Notes: generated by a model not told the origin, from the sequence alone. Positions 35,907 to 53,809 are shown, numbered from the stretch's first letter. The stretch is 64,000 nucleotides of DNA from the human T2T-CHM13v2.0 reference genome, Homo sapiens (GCF_009914755.1 NC_060926.1), one strand, 5' to 3'. Program-made: numbers and translations.

Positions 35907-37159
35907 GTGCCACATGAATGAATGAATGCTGTGTTCTTTCCAACCCAAACATCTGCCTCAGGAGCTGCCATGTTCTTCCATGAATTCCACCTCCCCAGTT
36001 GATTTTTCCAGGGGATGGGTAAGAGTCAAAGTCCTCCCCAGACTTTTTCATCCTGGAACCAAGAAAGGCGGTCAGTGTATCTCCAGTGTAAAAGCTAAGA
36101 TGTCATTCACCAGGGCTGGCAGCAGCCCTACTTACCACCTTGGGAGGAAGCTGCCTGCAGTGACAGAGGACAGAGTTGAGGCACAGAGAAGACAGCAGCA
36201 ACACGAGTCGGAGCAAGCATCTGGTAGCACCTGGTCCCTGACTCCTGGGTCCCTGGGCCTGCCTGCATTGGTTTCTCAGCCCCATCTTGGCTTCTCTCTT
36301 TTGTCCAAGCTGGTTGAAATGGTTGTTTCACATCTGGAAAGAAAATGAATAATACACCCAATTTTAGGCTTAGTGAGCTGCAGAAAGCTGGAATCAAGGC
36401 TGCCCTTTGGACTGCAAAGCTGGTTATTACGAACATTTTTGAAGAATGTTGCTAATTCTTCAGATTGGTGTTACTGCAAATACCAAACTGAAACCAAAAT
36501 CAAACCAAACAAAAACTCGCAAGCAAATAGGAGATCTGAGGTTGCCATATTGTAGGGCATTGCCATCTTTCCTGCCGCAGCTCAGGTATCAGCTGGACAG
36601 TTCTGCTTGGCGTGCACCACACGACCACCCGTGCCTGAACTCTGATCTCGGCTCGGGTCTTCCCAGGTCCTCTTTCCAGGGGTTCCCACTGTGGTCCATC
36701 ACTCCATGTCACTTTACACCACTGGGAAGGCTATTTCACCACATCCACATGTAAGGACGGGAAAACAGCCAAACGGCACACAACTCCATGAAGAATTGTT
36801 AACACCAGCAGGGACAGCTAGGGATCTAACTCATACAGGAAAAAGGAGTACATGAGAAGCTCTGAGAAACAGCAGGACTCTCCCAAGGAATACTTAGTCC
36901 AGAAATAATTCTTTAAAACTGGGTGGAGCTTTAAAACCATTTTGCCACAGAAATCAAAAGCCCTTTATGGGCATTTCATCTGTCCCAGTCCCACCTAAAG
37001 TGGACATAAAGCACAATTCCAGTCCCTATCATCACGCCTATATAGGACAGAACAGATCAGCAGTTCCTCCTCTTCCCCATCCCTAGAAGAAAACAGCAAT
37101 TATTCTTGGGTCACCTGATCACAGAGTGTACAGGAGAGGGGCACCTGGATATGTCATTC

Positions 37160-37290
37160 ATTCCCATGTTTGAAGGTAGCTAAGGCTCAGAGAGGTTAAG
37201 TGAATTATCCAAAGTCACACAGCCATATAGTAACAGAACCCAGACTAGAAGTCAAAACTCTTGTCTAGTGCTCTTTTCTCTTCACTGTGC
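37160..37290 (-). mobile_element. MIR
   Basis: aaggctcagagaggttaagtgaattatccaaagtcacacagc. Confidence 0.7.
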
Positions 37291-38333
37291 TGCTTAGGAG
37301 CACTTCTCAGGCAATACCGAAGACATTTCAAAGAGTGTGAATCAGAACGTGAAACCAATAAAGTAACTACAATGTCCTCAGATATCCACATGACAGCCCT
37401 GGGATGTCTTGGGCATTTTTTACCCCCAGCAGACATGCAAAGAGGTCCATGAGGGGCAGATGGACTCCTGTGGAACTGTAGGGCTGTGCTTTTCAAACCC
37501 TGGATCATGAAATCAACTTGTGGACTGAATAGCTTTTCTGAATAGAATATAAAATATCAACACTGTATCATATGGTAAAGTTAAATATTATTTCACAAAC
37601 CTTTGATACCATGTGTGTGTGTGTGTGTGATGTAAAAAGTTTGCTTTTTTTTTTTTTTAACGGCGATCACTGTCAAAATGTTTCGAAAACTCTGCTTTAA
37701 GGAATAACTTCTGGAGAAACCCCCAGCTGTTACAGTTCAATGCTTTTATATTCCCTGCAGGTAGAAATTAATGCAAAAATGCTTTTATTTTTTTAATGTA
37801 GTAAACAAGATTTAGAAGCTATTTTAGTAAGGATCCAATTAACCAGAACTCTCAGGGAATTTAACGTCCTGGTTAATGGAATCTCTTCATTAATGAGGAC
37901 AAATTGAAAACCCTTGTCAAGATACAGAGTCATAGAACATTATGGGTGGAAGAGACCTTGGAAATTGGTTTTCACCAACTCCCTCACTATCTTGCTGGCA
38001 GAAGGTGAGGCTCAGAAGGGGAAAGTGGCTTGCCCTAGGCCCTAAGGCTAATTGAGGGTTCAAGCCAAGACCTCAGCCCATAAATCACCTGCCCAACTCT
38101 CTTGTGAGACTGGGTTGAATCTTAGTGAAATCACACATAATAACCCTTGGGCTTGCTTCTTAATATAAAAGCACAGCATTTAGCTTGTCTATTGCCATTT
38201 GCTTTTTCTTATAGCTCAGTAAATTTGGTTTTACAGAATTTAGAACAAACACCAAAGATCTACTGGTAGCATCAAAAGGTTGGTGTGGTGTGGTTGAGCA
38301 TCTTTCTCTCTGTCTCTCTCTCCGTCTCTCCTC

Positions 38334-38638
<305 letters not shown>

Positions 38639-38914
38639 CCTCTCCTTTTCTTTTTCTTTGTTTGCTCTGATCTTTTTTCTTCATGTACATTATTGGTTTT
38701 TCGAGACAGGGTGATAACCTTTTTTTAAAATATATTTTTTATATTGCTTGAGGCTGAGAGAAGCTATTTTCATTCTTGGAACTCCCTAAACCATTCCTGT
38801 GACCGGTTTCTGCCTATAAGCGACTACTTAATGAGTTTTATCATATGGAGAATAAACCCTGGGAAACCAAAATGCATAGTCTTGTCCTTTGGTGGCATGC
38901 ACTGTTCTCTGGGC

Positions 38915-39260
38915 ACATTTGTTCGTTGAACACATACACATAATGTATCAGGCACTAAGGATGCAGCAGGGAACAAAACAGAAAAATCCCTGCCCTTAGG
39001 GAGCTTATACTCTAATAGTAACAAATAAGCAGACAGTAAACAAATAAGCAAATAAGCACATAGTAGGTCAGATGGCAATAAAGTCGAAGGAGTGGGGAAA
39101 GGCAGGCTAGAGGAAAATAGGGATTGCTGAGGATGGGTGGTTACTATTTCATATGGAGTAGTCAAAGAAGGCTTGTGAATCAAGAAACAGACGTCTGAAG
39201 CAAGTAAGGGCATGAGGCAGCTCACAGTCTGGGAGAAGAGAGCTCCTGGCTGGGGAGAAA
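38915..39260 (-). mobile_element. L2 remnant
   Basis: tgtatcaggcactaagg...aacaaaacagaaaaatccctgcccttagggagcttatactcta. Confidence 0.7.
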
Positions 39261-39355
39261 CAGCATTGTGTCAGGCTACAAATAACTTCCACCAAGTACC
39301 AGTGATTTCTGACTCGTCAACTCCACCTTGCCGATGACACTGTCCTAGAGGTTAG

Positions 39356-39677
<322 letters not shown>

Positions 39678-40050
39678 CCTAGACGTTATCAGACACTGAT
39701 TTAGGGAGAAGACATTGCGCTGTTTCGTTCCATGAGCAAGCACATGTGCTAAGGATTCTGTGCTGAAAGACACAGATGATCCCTGCCCACCTGATATTAG
39801 TGACAAATCAAAAAATGACTGTCCACGCTGGTCAGGCTACGATTGCAGTAAGAATGCTGCAAAGAAGGGAGGTACAACATGCAAGTCTTCCGGAATAGGA
39901 AGAAGGATAATTTCAGGCAGAGGAAATAGCAGGCATAAAGGCACAGAGGTAGAGAGGATGGTGCATTCAGGGATCCTCTAGCTGTTTGGTCTGGTTGGGA
40001 GGTGAGTGTCAAGAAATGAGGATAGAAGCAAGCAAAAAGTAGAAGTAGAA

Positions 40051-40340
40051 GGTTGGGCATAGTTGCTCATGCCCATAATCCCAGCATTTTGGGAGGCCGA
40101 GGCGGGCAGATCACTTGAGGCCAGGAGTTCAAGACCAGCCTGGCCAATATGGTAAAACCCTGTCTCTACTAAGAGTATGAAAATTAGCCGGACGAGGTGG
40201 CATAGGCCTGTAATCCCAGCTACCTGGGAGGCTGAGGCACGAGAATTGTTTGAACCCAGGAGGTAGAGGTTGCAATGAGACTGCACTCCAGCCTGGGCAA
40301 CAGAGTAAGACACTGTCTCAAAAAAGAAAAAAGAAAGAAA
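40051..40340 (+). mobile_element. AluS with right-arm deletion, inside an L2 remnant (about 39720-40800)
   Basis: ggttgcaatgag joined to actgcactccagcc. Confidence 0.9.
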
Positions 40341-40973
40341 TGATGATAGAATTGGGCAGAAATGTGGGTGTCACTGTACTGTCTGTACATTATGAAAATG
40401 CTCTCTGTAGCACTATTAAAATCCTTCCTAGTTGAAATGAAAGAAGTGGGCTGGGGTGTGGTACTGTCATGGGGAGGCTCTAGAGAGGAAGACAGGAGCA
40501 CACATAAAATCATAAATTTTAATTTACAGCAGAAAAATAAACTGATCAGACTCGCCTTTTATAAAGATTTCCTTGATACACAAGGGATGAAAAGAGGGAG
40601 AGCGTGGAAACAGGTGAATCAGTGAAGAGGCTGACAGATCCATGGTAATCCAGCTGAGAAATTCCCTGGGCCCACCCAGAGGGACTGACAGAAGACAGGA
40701 AAGAGTGGGTTGAAACTGACGGCTATTGTGAAGACAGGATTGACACCAGCCGAGGGGGGTTAGATATTGGGCACAAGAAACAAGAGTAGGGGAAAGGGAG
40801 TTGTTCTCTCATAGAAGACAGATGTTGGCTTTAACACAGTAGTTGTAGAACTGGCCAATGAATTTGGGTTAGTAGATTCCAACTACAGAATATCACAAAA
40901 TACAAGATAAGATATGAAATGTCATTAATTCTTCAAAAAAAAAAATGCCAGGATTTACATATTTCAATATCCC

Positions 40974-41051
40974 TTCCTTGAAGGCTAAGCATTTCCTCCT
41001 ACAGTGACGTCACTTCTAAGAATTACTCAGGGCTTCTGAAGGGGACTTCCC
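40974..41051. promoter_or_regulatory. Candidate enhancer motif cluster: two GAS/STAT, full CRE, NF-kB
   Basis: TTCCTTGAA 40974-40982, TGACGTCA 41005-41012, TTCTAAGAA 41014-41022, GGGACTTCCC 41042-41051; motif evidence only. Confidence 0.35.
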
Positions 41052-41134
41052 TTCGTAACCGTATCCCAAGAGCTAGAAAATTCTCATCCTTTTAGGAAAA
41101 GTTTGATTTTCAGAAGAGATGCAATGTCATTTGC

Positions 41135-41365
41135 AGCAAGCAGATATGTGGTTGCCTGGGACAGGGAGGTGGGGTCATGGAGCAGGAGGGATGGAATACA
41201 GAAGGGTCACAAGAAAGCTTTGAAAGGTGTTGGACATGTTTCTTATCTTGATTGTGGTGATGGTTGCATGAATGAATACATGTGTCAAAACTCATCAAAC
41301 TGTACACTTACATATGTGCAGTTCATTGTAGGTCAATTCTACCTTGAGAAAGCTATTTTTAAAAA
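41135..41365 (+). mobile_element. Old L1M 3' end remnant
   Basis: gtggttgcctggg...tatcttgattgtggtgatggttgc...gtcaaaactcatcaaactgtacactta. Confidence 0.75.
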
Positions 41366-42674
41366 GTTATTTGCTGCAAAAAGTAGTGACTAAGGTCCAT
41401 CACCAAGCTGAGGAATCCCCCTTCCTTTATTTTTTAGTGAAAATGTAAGAGAATACTTTTCTCCTGTGTCTTCCAAGTTGACTTGGAGCCAATTCTCAAT
41501 TGTAGGTGGTTGTTTTTTTGTTAAAAAAAATTTTTTTATAGAATCACTGAAACAAGTGATCTTTCTCCACTATAGGACAGTCCTCGTGTGGGCATGTAAG
41601 TTCTAGAACATATGTTTTTAAGCTTTACAGGCATGTTCTGTCATCTAAATTGGAATCCAGTGACTTGGCATCTTTTGGTTCTTCTACTCAGGCTCCATGA
41701 GGGACAGCTCTCCAGGTCTCAGATTTCCTCATCTGGAAATGTATTTTTCCCTTTGCTTAGCTCATTCGGATAAAGGTTTGGATGAGAAGTGTCATTGCTT
41801 CCCCTAGCTAGGATTTGGGTTTCAGACATCCAGGGCCAGCCTCACAGAGCTGGAATCCCAGAAAGCTTTCTTTGCACATGCACGAACATACACACATGCA
41901 CACCCAACCCCCTGCCAAGAAAAAATTGTCCTCTGACCAGTTTGCCAATGTCTGGCATTACAGCATTTCTTCCTCCTTCCTTTTAGGATAAACATTTCAT
42001 TCTCTCAGAATCCTGTTTGAAAATAGAATCCTGGAGGTCAGGCCTGGATGCTGTGCCAACGGGGAGAGCTAAAGGTATCCAGCGGCACCATGAGGACACT
42101 GGTGTCCAAGAGAAGAGGCCACCAGAGGAGGGCAGGGAATGCAGAGGGGCAAAGTACCACTGGGGGCCTGAACTATAGCTACTTCACCATTGTCTTATTC
42201 ATTTATTTATTTATTCAAAAGGCATTTATGTTGCATCAACATACCCACCTTAATTCAACATCTGGGCTTAGTACAGAGTACAGTTATACAAAACAACAAG
42301 TTTAGCGAAGTTGATTAGCAAGCTAAAACTGCACTTTGACACCTATCAATAGCAAGAGAGTTGGCCGATGAGTCAGCAGTTGGTCCCACAATAACTCAGA
42401 GGGCAGACCACATGTTCATATCAACCTTTAACAGCAGTTTGGAATTAAATGAGACAGAATATTGATAAATGGAAATTTCAGGGAAGTAGTAAAATATGAA
42501 TGCAAAACAGGTGGGGACAATATTTAAATCGTTCATCTAAAAATAGTCTAATTCCATGCAGTAGCCAAACCCTATTAGGTTTCAAGTTCATTTGGGTTCA
42601 CGGTTTGTCTGCCGCCTTCTTTGACTTTACCAGGCCAAGATTGGGAGGAAAGAGGGTCCCCTTCACCATCTTTT

Positions 42675-42801
42675 GTTTGTATTTTTTGTGAGACAGGGTC
42701 TCTCTGTGTTGCCCAGGCTGGTCTCAAATTCCTGGGCTCAAGTGATCTGCCTCAGCTTCCCAAGGTGCTGGGATTACAGATGTGAGCCACCATGCCCAGC
42801 C
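42675..42801 (-). mobile_element. FLAM/Alu left monomer
   Basis: TSD cccttcaccatcttt/ccctccaccatcttt. Confidence 0.85.
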
Positions 42802-43014
42802 CCCTCCACCATCTTTATACTCATCCATGCACTGGCATCATCTGAGGCCGAGGTCAAGAACTTAGGGTTTCAGGAACCAGGAAGAAATGTTGAACAGGAG
42901 CTGCTGAGAGTTGGAAAGGACTTGGGAGTGAATTACAAGGAAAATTCATCTCTTAAATCTCCCTTTGGATTTGACTCCTTTCGGACAAACAAAAGTAGAA
43001 CCATAGTGGGGTCA

Positions 43015-43467
<453 letters not shown>

Positions 43468-44983
43468 TCAAGAACCAAGCTTCCTCCTCAAAGCTCATCC
43501 ATGAGACTAGCAAAGACACAGCTGCCCAGGAAGTTCCACTGTTGAGGGAGAGAGTTGGAATCAGGGCCCAGGCTGGGGATTGAGGGGAGTTTCATGGTGC
43601 CTTCCATCTGCCACCCTCCTACAGGAACTGCCCCCTGATAAAGGGCTGAGCCCAGGATCCCAGGATGTGTGCCATGTGACCGTGCGCTCTTGCCATCCCC
43701 TCCCTCTCCACACTGACTTGAGGAGGGCTGGGAGGGGCCATCTGCCGAGCTGGTGGCCCAGGCCCTCAGGCCCTGTATGGACGCGGGCTAGGGCCACTTG
43801 TCTTCTCTCTCATGGCAATGAGAGCAGCCTCACTCCACTGGCTATGGCCGGAGACAGTATTGTTTTACATCTATTGCTATTTGCATGCTGCTCTGTTGAA
43901 TGTGCCTTTCTCCTGGTGATGTGGAGTAAGCCAGACAGGGCACGAATAGCAAAATGCAAGAGGGAGTCAGGGAAGAAGCTGGTGGCAGGATGGGATGGAG
44001 CAGGCCCAGAGCTTGCCAAGGCACCTGGAGGGGCCTGGGATGAAGGTGACCAATGCCACTGCAGGGTCTTTAGAGCCAGCCAGACAGGCTCCAGAGCCAC
44101 CTGCTGTCCTCCCTGCTGCATGGCCCCCGGAAGGCTTGACCCCATCTGGCTCCTGTCTTAGATACATGTGTTAGGTATCTGTGGATATCTGTGGGAAGCT
44201 CCACATCACTCCACTTGGGGCACCATCAAACTCACCCCCAAGCCCCCCTTATTTGAGTGTGCTTGAGAAAGTTTCTGTTCTGGCAAACAAATGAGCCAAA
44301 TGGCAGTTGTGCCAGAAGCCTCCCGCCTCTGCTGAGCGCAAAGGGTGGAAACCATGATGTGGTCCCAAGGAGACCAGGGTGGTCTTTCCTAGAGCCCTTT
44401 GCCCGTTTTGGAACAAAGAGGGTGAACCCACAGCTCTGTTTACCTGCTAGGCGCTTAATATGGTTTTTGTTTTTTTTCTGTTACAAATCAGTTTGCCAAA
44501 GTTTAGAGTCAGCAATGGGGTCCAGCAGAAATTAAACTAGAGCAGGGTCACACACCTGTAGCTCCCTTAATTAGCTGTGTGAGACTGGCCAAGTAATTTA
44601 AGTCTATGTCCTAGTTCTCTCATCAGAAATACAGGACAAATAATATTTGCGTTGAAGATTTCATATGAAGATCACGTGGGAAAACAGGCACAAGAAGCCT
44701 TGGAAATGCATGAGCAAGAGCAACACTGTTTCATGAAGTGGGAATGAAAATGGAAGGAATGAGGGTGGTATCACTCATGTCAACCAGCCGAGAAGTCCCT
44801 ACCATCCCCCTCCACCAAGCTCAACGGCCTCAACTAAAGAAGCCAAAAGATCAATCTCTGAATCCCTCCCAAACAACCCAAAGGCTGTGGCTACCTGCCT
44901 ACACCAAAGTTGCTAATTCCACAAGGAATGTTAGCAGAATTGGAGTTTGTTCCCCTCCTCCACCCCCTCCATCTCCATCCTCA

Positions 44984-45120
44984 GATACAGATATAGATAT
45001 ATAGATTAGACATATAGATAAGTACAGGTATATACATAGATATAGATATAAATAGACATAGACATAGATATAGTTAGAAACAGAAATAGATAGATATAGA
45101 TAAGTATAAATATCAGTATA
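44984..45120. repeat. Degenerate (TAGATA)n simple repeat, continuing at about 46173-46222 beyond the LTR
   Basis: gatatagatatatagattagacatatagata... Confidence 0.85.
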
Positions 45121-45122
45121 GG

Positions 45123-46172
<1,050 letters not shown>

Positions 46173-46279
46173 TAGGTATAGATAGTTAGAGGTATAGGTA
46201 TAGAGATAAAAAGATGTAGACATCAAGATGCTTCCAGCTGCAGGTAGCCACACAACCCAGTTGAAAGTGGCTTAAACAG

Positions 46280-46872
<593 letters not shown>

Positions 46873-47829
46873 AGATGTGTTAATTTAGTGGCACCTCAGT
46901 GCCATGAAGGACTCAGAACTTCCCATTTCCTTTCTACATTGGCTGATGTCCTCAGGCTTATTGCCACAGGGTGTCACAAAGGCTGCTTTAGTGCCACACA
47001 GTGCATTCTCCCCGAGACACATCCAAAAGCAGGAGGGGAGATTTTTCTCCAATGTCTCTTTTTATTAGGGCAGAAAATATTCAGGAACGTTCTCCTTCTC
47101 ATACACACCCACTCCATATAGACCCAGCCTCTCTGGAGGGAGTGGGCCCTGCCAGCAAGGAAGAAGGACAGGGTGAGGGGGTGGCATGGAGGAGACAGCT
47201 GAAGCGATGGGGAGAGGGTTCGAGTGCACGGAATGGCTCAGGTGCAAGAATTCAGTTCATTCTTGCTAAGCAAAGCAAGAGGAATTTGTTTCTGAGTCTT
47301 AATTGGCCCACAAAATTGCTGTGGAAGCTGAAGAAATCTTAATGGTCACCCTGCAGACCTGGACCACCAACCAAGCTGCTACTTGGTCTGTGCTCAGAAA
47401 GCCAAGGGCTCCATAGCCAGACTTCCACGGCCAAACTCAGGAAGCCCCCAGGAGTGTTGCCAGCTCAATGACTACACGGTGCCCACCATAGGGCACACCA
47501 CCCAAAAGGTGACTCAGCCTGCCTCTTAACACCCACAAGGCCAGGGACCAGACACTGAGATGTCCACTTTGGCTACTGCAGAGAAACTAAACACTTCCCC
47601 AACCAAATTGTCTAAGAGAATCTTGCCCACCCCCCAACTTCAGCCATTTAAATGTCACAGGAGAGCATCCAATGGGCAGAATCAAGTTACAGCAGAAATT
47701 ATAGCTGCAAGAGAGTCTGGGAAATGTGATTGTGAGCTCTCAATCCCCTGCAATTACAGGAAGGCACCACAGAAGAAGGGTGGAAGACACTGAGCTCCAG
47801 TCCCCCAAAATCTACCACAGCAGTTAGCT

Positions 47830-48285
47830 GTGTCTGCCACCCCCTTCTCTCCACAGTTTCTAACTTTGATTTGGGTCATTCCATATGTTGAAGGGGAGAA
47901 GGGAGGAACTCTATCCCAGAATCCAGGGTTGCAATGCATGACAATTAACATAGCTCATTCTCCTGGCCACGGTAATTGGCTGAGGCAGTCACATGACTGT
48001 GGGCTGCTGAAGCTGATAAAACCTCAGGACTTTTGCTCAAGCTCCTGGAAAATGGGTTTGCTCTTTCCAGCTGAACATAAAAAACTCTGGAGCTGCAACA
48101 TCCACCTTCCACTGGGAGCAAAGAGCCTTCTGAAAAATGGAGGAACTGAGATGAGGCAAAGCCAATATGATATTTTGAACCCTTGGATTCAGCCCTTCCT
48201 GAGGCCACCTAGGCTTTTGAGGAACATGAACCAATATCTTTTCTTTTTGTTTAAGTCAATTTGAGTTGTTATCTGCAAGAAAAAC
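47830..48285 (+). mobile_element. ERVL LTR remnant (LTR16-like)
   Basis: cctggccacggtaattggctgagg...cccttggattcagcc...gaaccaata...tgtttaagtcaatttgagttg. Confidence 0.55.
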
Positions 48286-48398
48286 AGATAGAGGAAGGTT
48301 ATCAAAGACTCACTTTGATTATTTTCTTGAACATGCAGGCGGTGGTCACTGGCTTACTGAGATCAGTCCTCCAGCTCCTTAAAAGTTAACTACTCACG

Positions 48399-48678
48399 GG
48401 CTGGACACGATGGCTCATGCCTGTAATCCCAGCACGTTGGGAGGCTGAAGCGGGAGGATCACGAGGTCAGGAGATCGAGACCATCCTGGCTAACACAGTG
48501 AAACCCTGTCTCTACTAAAAATACAAAAAATCAGCTGGGCATGGTGGCGGGCGCCTATAGTCCCAGCTACTCGGGAGAATGGTGTGAACCCGGGAGGCGG
48601 AGCTTGCAGTGAGCCGAGATTGCGCCACTGCACTCCAGCCTGGGTGACAGAGCGGGACTCCATCTCAAAAATAAATAG
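48399..48678 (+). mobile_element. AluY-type element (host of the retrocopy), short internal deletion in right arm
   Basis: Y-type gagatcgagaccatcctggctaacac and ggcggagcttgcagtgag; lacks gaggctgaggcag; TSD 48381-48397/49846-49862. Confidence 0.9.
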
Positions 48679-48742
48679 CTTCTCTCGCCAGGCATCCTCG
48701 TGGAAGTGACATCGTCTTTAAACCCTGCGTGGCAATCCCTGA

Positions 48743-49708
<966 letters not shown>

Positions 49709-49755
49709 TCACCAAAAAGCAACCAACTTAGCCAGCTTTATTTGCAAAACAAGGA

Positions 49756-49761
49756 AATAAA
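49756..49761 (+). terminator. Polyadenylation signal carried by the RPLP0 retrocopy
   Basis: AATAAA 13 nt upstream of the A-rich tail. Confidence 0.85.
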
Positions 49762-49774
49762 GGCTTACTTCTTT

Positions 49775-49777
49775 AAA

Positions 49778-49808
<31 letters not shown>

Positions 49809-49849
49809 AAATAAATAAATAAATAAATAAATAGATAAATAAATAAAAA
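49775..49849 (+). repeat. (TAAA)n microsatellite: retrocopy polyA tail plus remainder of the host Alu tail
   Basis: aaaaaataaataaataaa... with one tag interruption at 49832-49834. Confidence 0.9.
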
Positions 49850-50186
49850 GTTTTCTACTCACACTGAAGTGACGAAGTCCAGAGAAGGTGGAGAGCTGTG
49901 AGCAGCCAGAGCGAGGGCTGCAGGATGGTCAGCGGCAGCCTCTGCTTTCCTCCACTCCACAGACACTACTCCTGTCTCTTAACTTGCCCATGGGCTGGAG
50001 CTGTGCTAATTTTGCTCTTAAATATTATTAGAGGTCTTAACATCTTCCTCGGGGATCCCACTGAAAAGTAATAACATCAGAACACATTATTACAGTTTCA
50101 GATACATCTTAAAATATATACTGTATCTAAAATTTTACATTTTGGATGAATAAACACTCTCATTAATCAAATAAACCAATTAATAA

Positions 50187-50518
<332 letters not shown>

Positions 50519-50625
50519 TACCCCATTTTACATAATGTGATTATTATGCATTGCATGTCTGTATCAAAACATCTCATGTACCCCACATACACCTACAACA
50601 TACCCACAAAAATTAAAATAGAAAA
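50519..50625 (+). mobile_element. L1MA-like 3' terminal fragment
   Basis: atgtgattattatgcattgcatgtctgtatcaaaacatctcatgtaccccac...acccacaaaaattaaaa. Confidence 0.75.
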
Positions 50626-52106
50626 AATGGTTTTAAGTATAAGGAATATTAAAAATATCCACAAAAGAAACACAAATGATCAATAAACATTCTAAAATTT
50701 AAAATATATATATATTTTTCTTCCTTTCTAATATCAAAGATGTTGCACTTATGAACTACTCAACACATTTAAGCTGATTTTTTTTTTAAGCCACAGCCTG
50801 GATGAGGAGAGACAGAGGCCCAGGGAGCCTGACTGTCCTCAGCCTTGAGTGAAGAGCAGGGCAGGGAGAACCCCAGTGAGTCAGTGCCCAGTGGGCTCTG
50901 TGTTGTGCGGCCCAGATCTCCCTTTAGGAAAGGAAAGCTGATTGCCCCAGATGCTGGAGGGGTTGTCAGCTGATAGGTCTCAGCTATCAATTCTCTTGGG
51001 GAATTATTGTGGCTGAAGATAACTGCCTCACCCAAGATCATGCCTCCTTTCAAGGGCAGCCAGTATCCCCGATGCACGGAGAAAGGTCAGGCTCCCTCAC
51101 CTCAACTGGGATAAGTGAAGGGCCTGCCCAACTCCAGAGCTCCCTGGTGCCTGGCTGAGGCCTTCATGGGGCCTGAATTGCAGTCCAGCTTCCTTCCCTT
51201 CCTTTCCCTTCCCTTCCTCAGGCGCTGATCCTAAAGGCACTCCCTAGTAAACATCCTGCTCTCTAATTTCCATTGGAGTCGGCTTTCCAGGAAACCCCCT
51301 GCACCACTGTAGTACAGGCAGGAGTTCCTGGACTCCAGGATTTAACCAGGTAGAAGAGAAAAGAATTCCAAACCCATTTACAGCATCTATTCCTGCTGCC
51401 CCTCTCCCCGCTCCATCTTCTTGTGGAAATAAAATTACCCTTCATGGTCCAGCTGCATGGCCCGCCTTCTCCTCAAAACTCCCCTGAACCACGAAGCAGC
51501 GGTGTCCCTCCCTGTCCTGAATTCCCACAGCATTTCATGTGTCCCCTTTTCAGGAAGCATCATCTGCTGGTATTTCCTCATTTCTGCATTTTCAGTGTCA
51601 GCCACTGAGTTCTTGAGTCTGTGAGACACCTTCTCAGAGCCATTTTTCTCATCTATAAAATGGGAGCAATGATACTCCTGGGGGTTTAATGAGCAACCAG
51701 ATAATCTCCTGCTCCAGTGCCTGCCCCACAGGAAAAGCTCACTAGGCTAATTCCCTCTCTCCTTCCTCCTGAAGGGACCACTCTCCTCAGCCACAATGGG
51801 AGGTTTTCCCTCTTTCTGCTCTGGGGAGGAGGGGAGCAGCAGGAACCCCCCTGAGGACATTTCTGCCTCGTGGGCATCTGCCTTTTCCACACGCTGCCCT
51901 CCATGGCAGACTGGCTACTTGCAAAGAAAAATGGCATCATTTGGGCTTTGAAGAGACAAAGGACTCACACAGGTACTCCTAAGTGGTCAAACCGCAGTCA
52001 GCTTGTCCTAGAACATCTAAATCTCCAACTATTTTTAGGATCAGAGTTAATTTTCTGGCTTGGTGTGAGCTGCCAGGATGGGGGAGGTAGTTGAAAGGAG
52101 ATGGTG

Positions 52107-53015
<909 letters not shown>

Positions 53016-53809
53016 TAAAAAATATTGTAATATCTCGGAAACCATTGCACTATAAGTGGGTGAATTGTATGATATGTGAATTATATCTCAGAAAAATATG
53101 TTATAAAAATAGATTACTATTCTGGGTCAAATTCAAAGAGCTGTGTAAATTTGAAGACGAGAAAAGAAAACAAAAAAGAAAAAGAAAACCCCATAATTGG
53201 ACAAGTGGAATGGCATTATTTTCAGCCACGGTCTCCCTCCAGACTTCCTTCTTCCTGGCACCCAGAGCCATTTTAGGGCCACACAGTCTCCAGCAGAGTT
53301 TCCTGGAATTCATTGCAGGCAGATGCAATCTCCCAGGACCTCGGTCGTTTCATCTGGCAGCTAAAGACTCCCCAGGGTCGGGCAGGCCTTGAACAGATGC
53401 TAATGGTGTTCCTTCATCTCTCTGTACCTTTGGAGCTGGTTCTGGATATAGGGTAGTGGGAGTAGGGACCTCAAGAAGCAAAGAAGTGCTCTCTTCCGTC
53501 AGGACTCAGAGCCGACCAGGCTGGCTGCAGAGCACTAAGATGCAAGAGGCCACATGTTTTAATGTGTCCATATTCCCTCCCTCAACTCCCCACTGTGGTC
53601 CCCAGTCCCTACCACCACCACACACATAGCCTTGGACCCCAGGCCCTGGGACACAAGTGTGCGTGGAGTGCGCTGAATCTAACATGATAATTAATTAGGT
53701 AACCCACTTTGCATCATAGAGGAGTCAAGGACTCAGAGGCCTACACGGGGCAGATCTGAAACCCAGGTGAATGAAGCCAGTCCCAGCAGGCCAGGCAGAG
53801 CAGACAGCA

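Noticed and set aside
43580-44161. 193-aa ORF (longest non-RPLP0 ORF)
   Set aside because: Starts at TTG, resembles no family I know, and is overlapped by similar ORFs on the other strand, as expected in GC-richer noncoding DNA.
48678-48678. G just before the 5'TOP as a reverse-transcribed cap nucleotide
   Set aside because: The same G ends the downstream copy of aaataaatag (49834), so it is better explained as part of the TSD.
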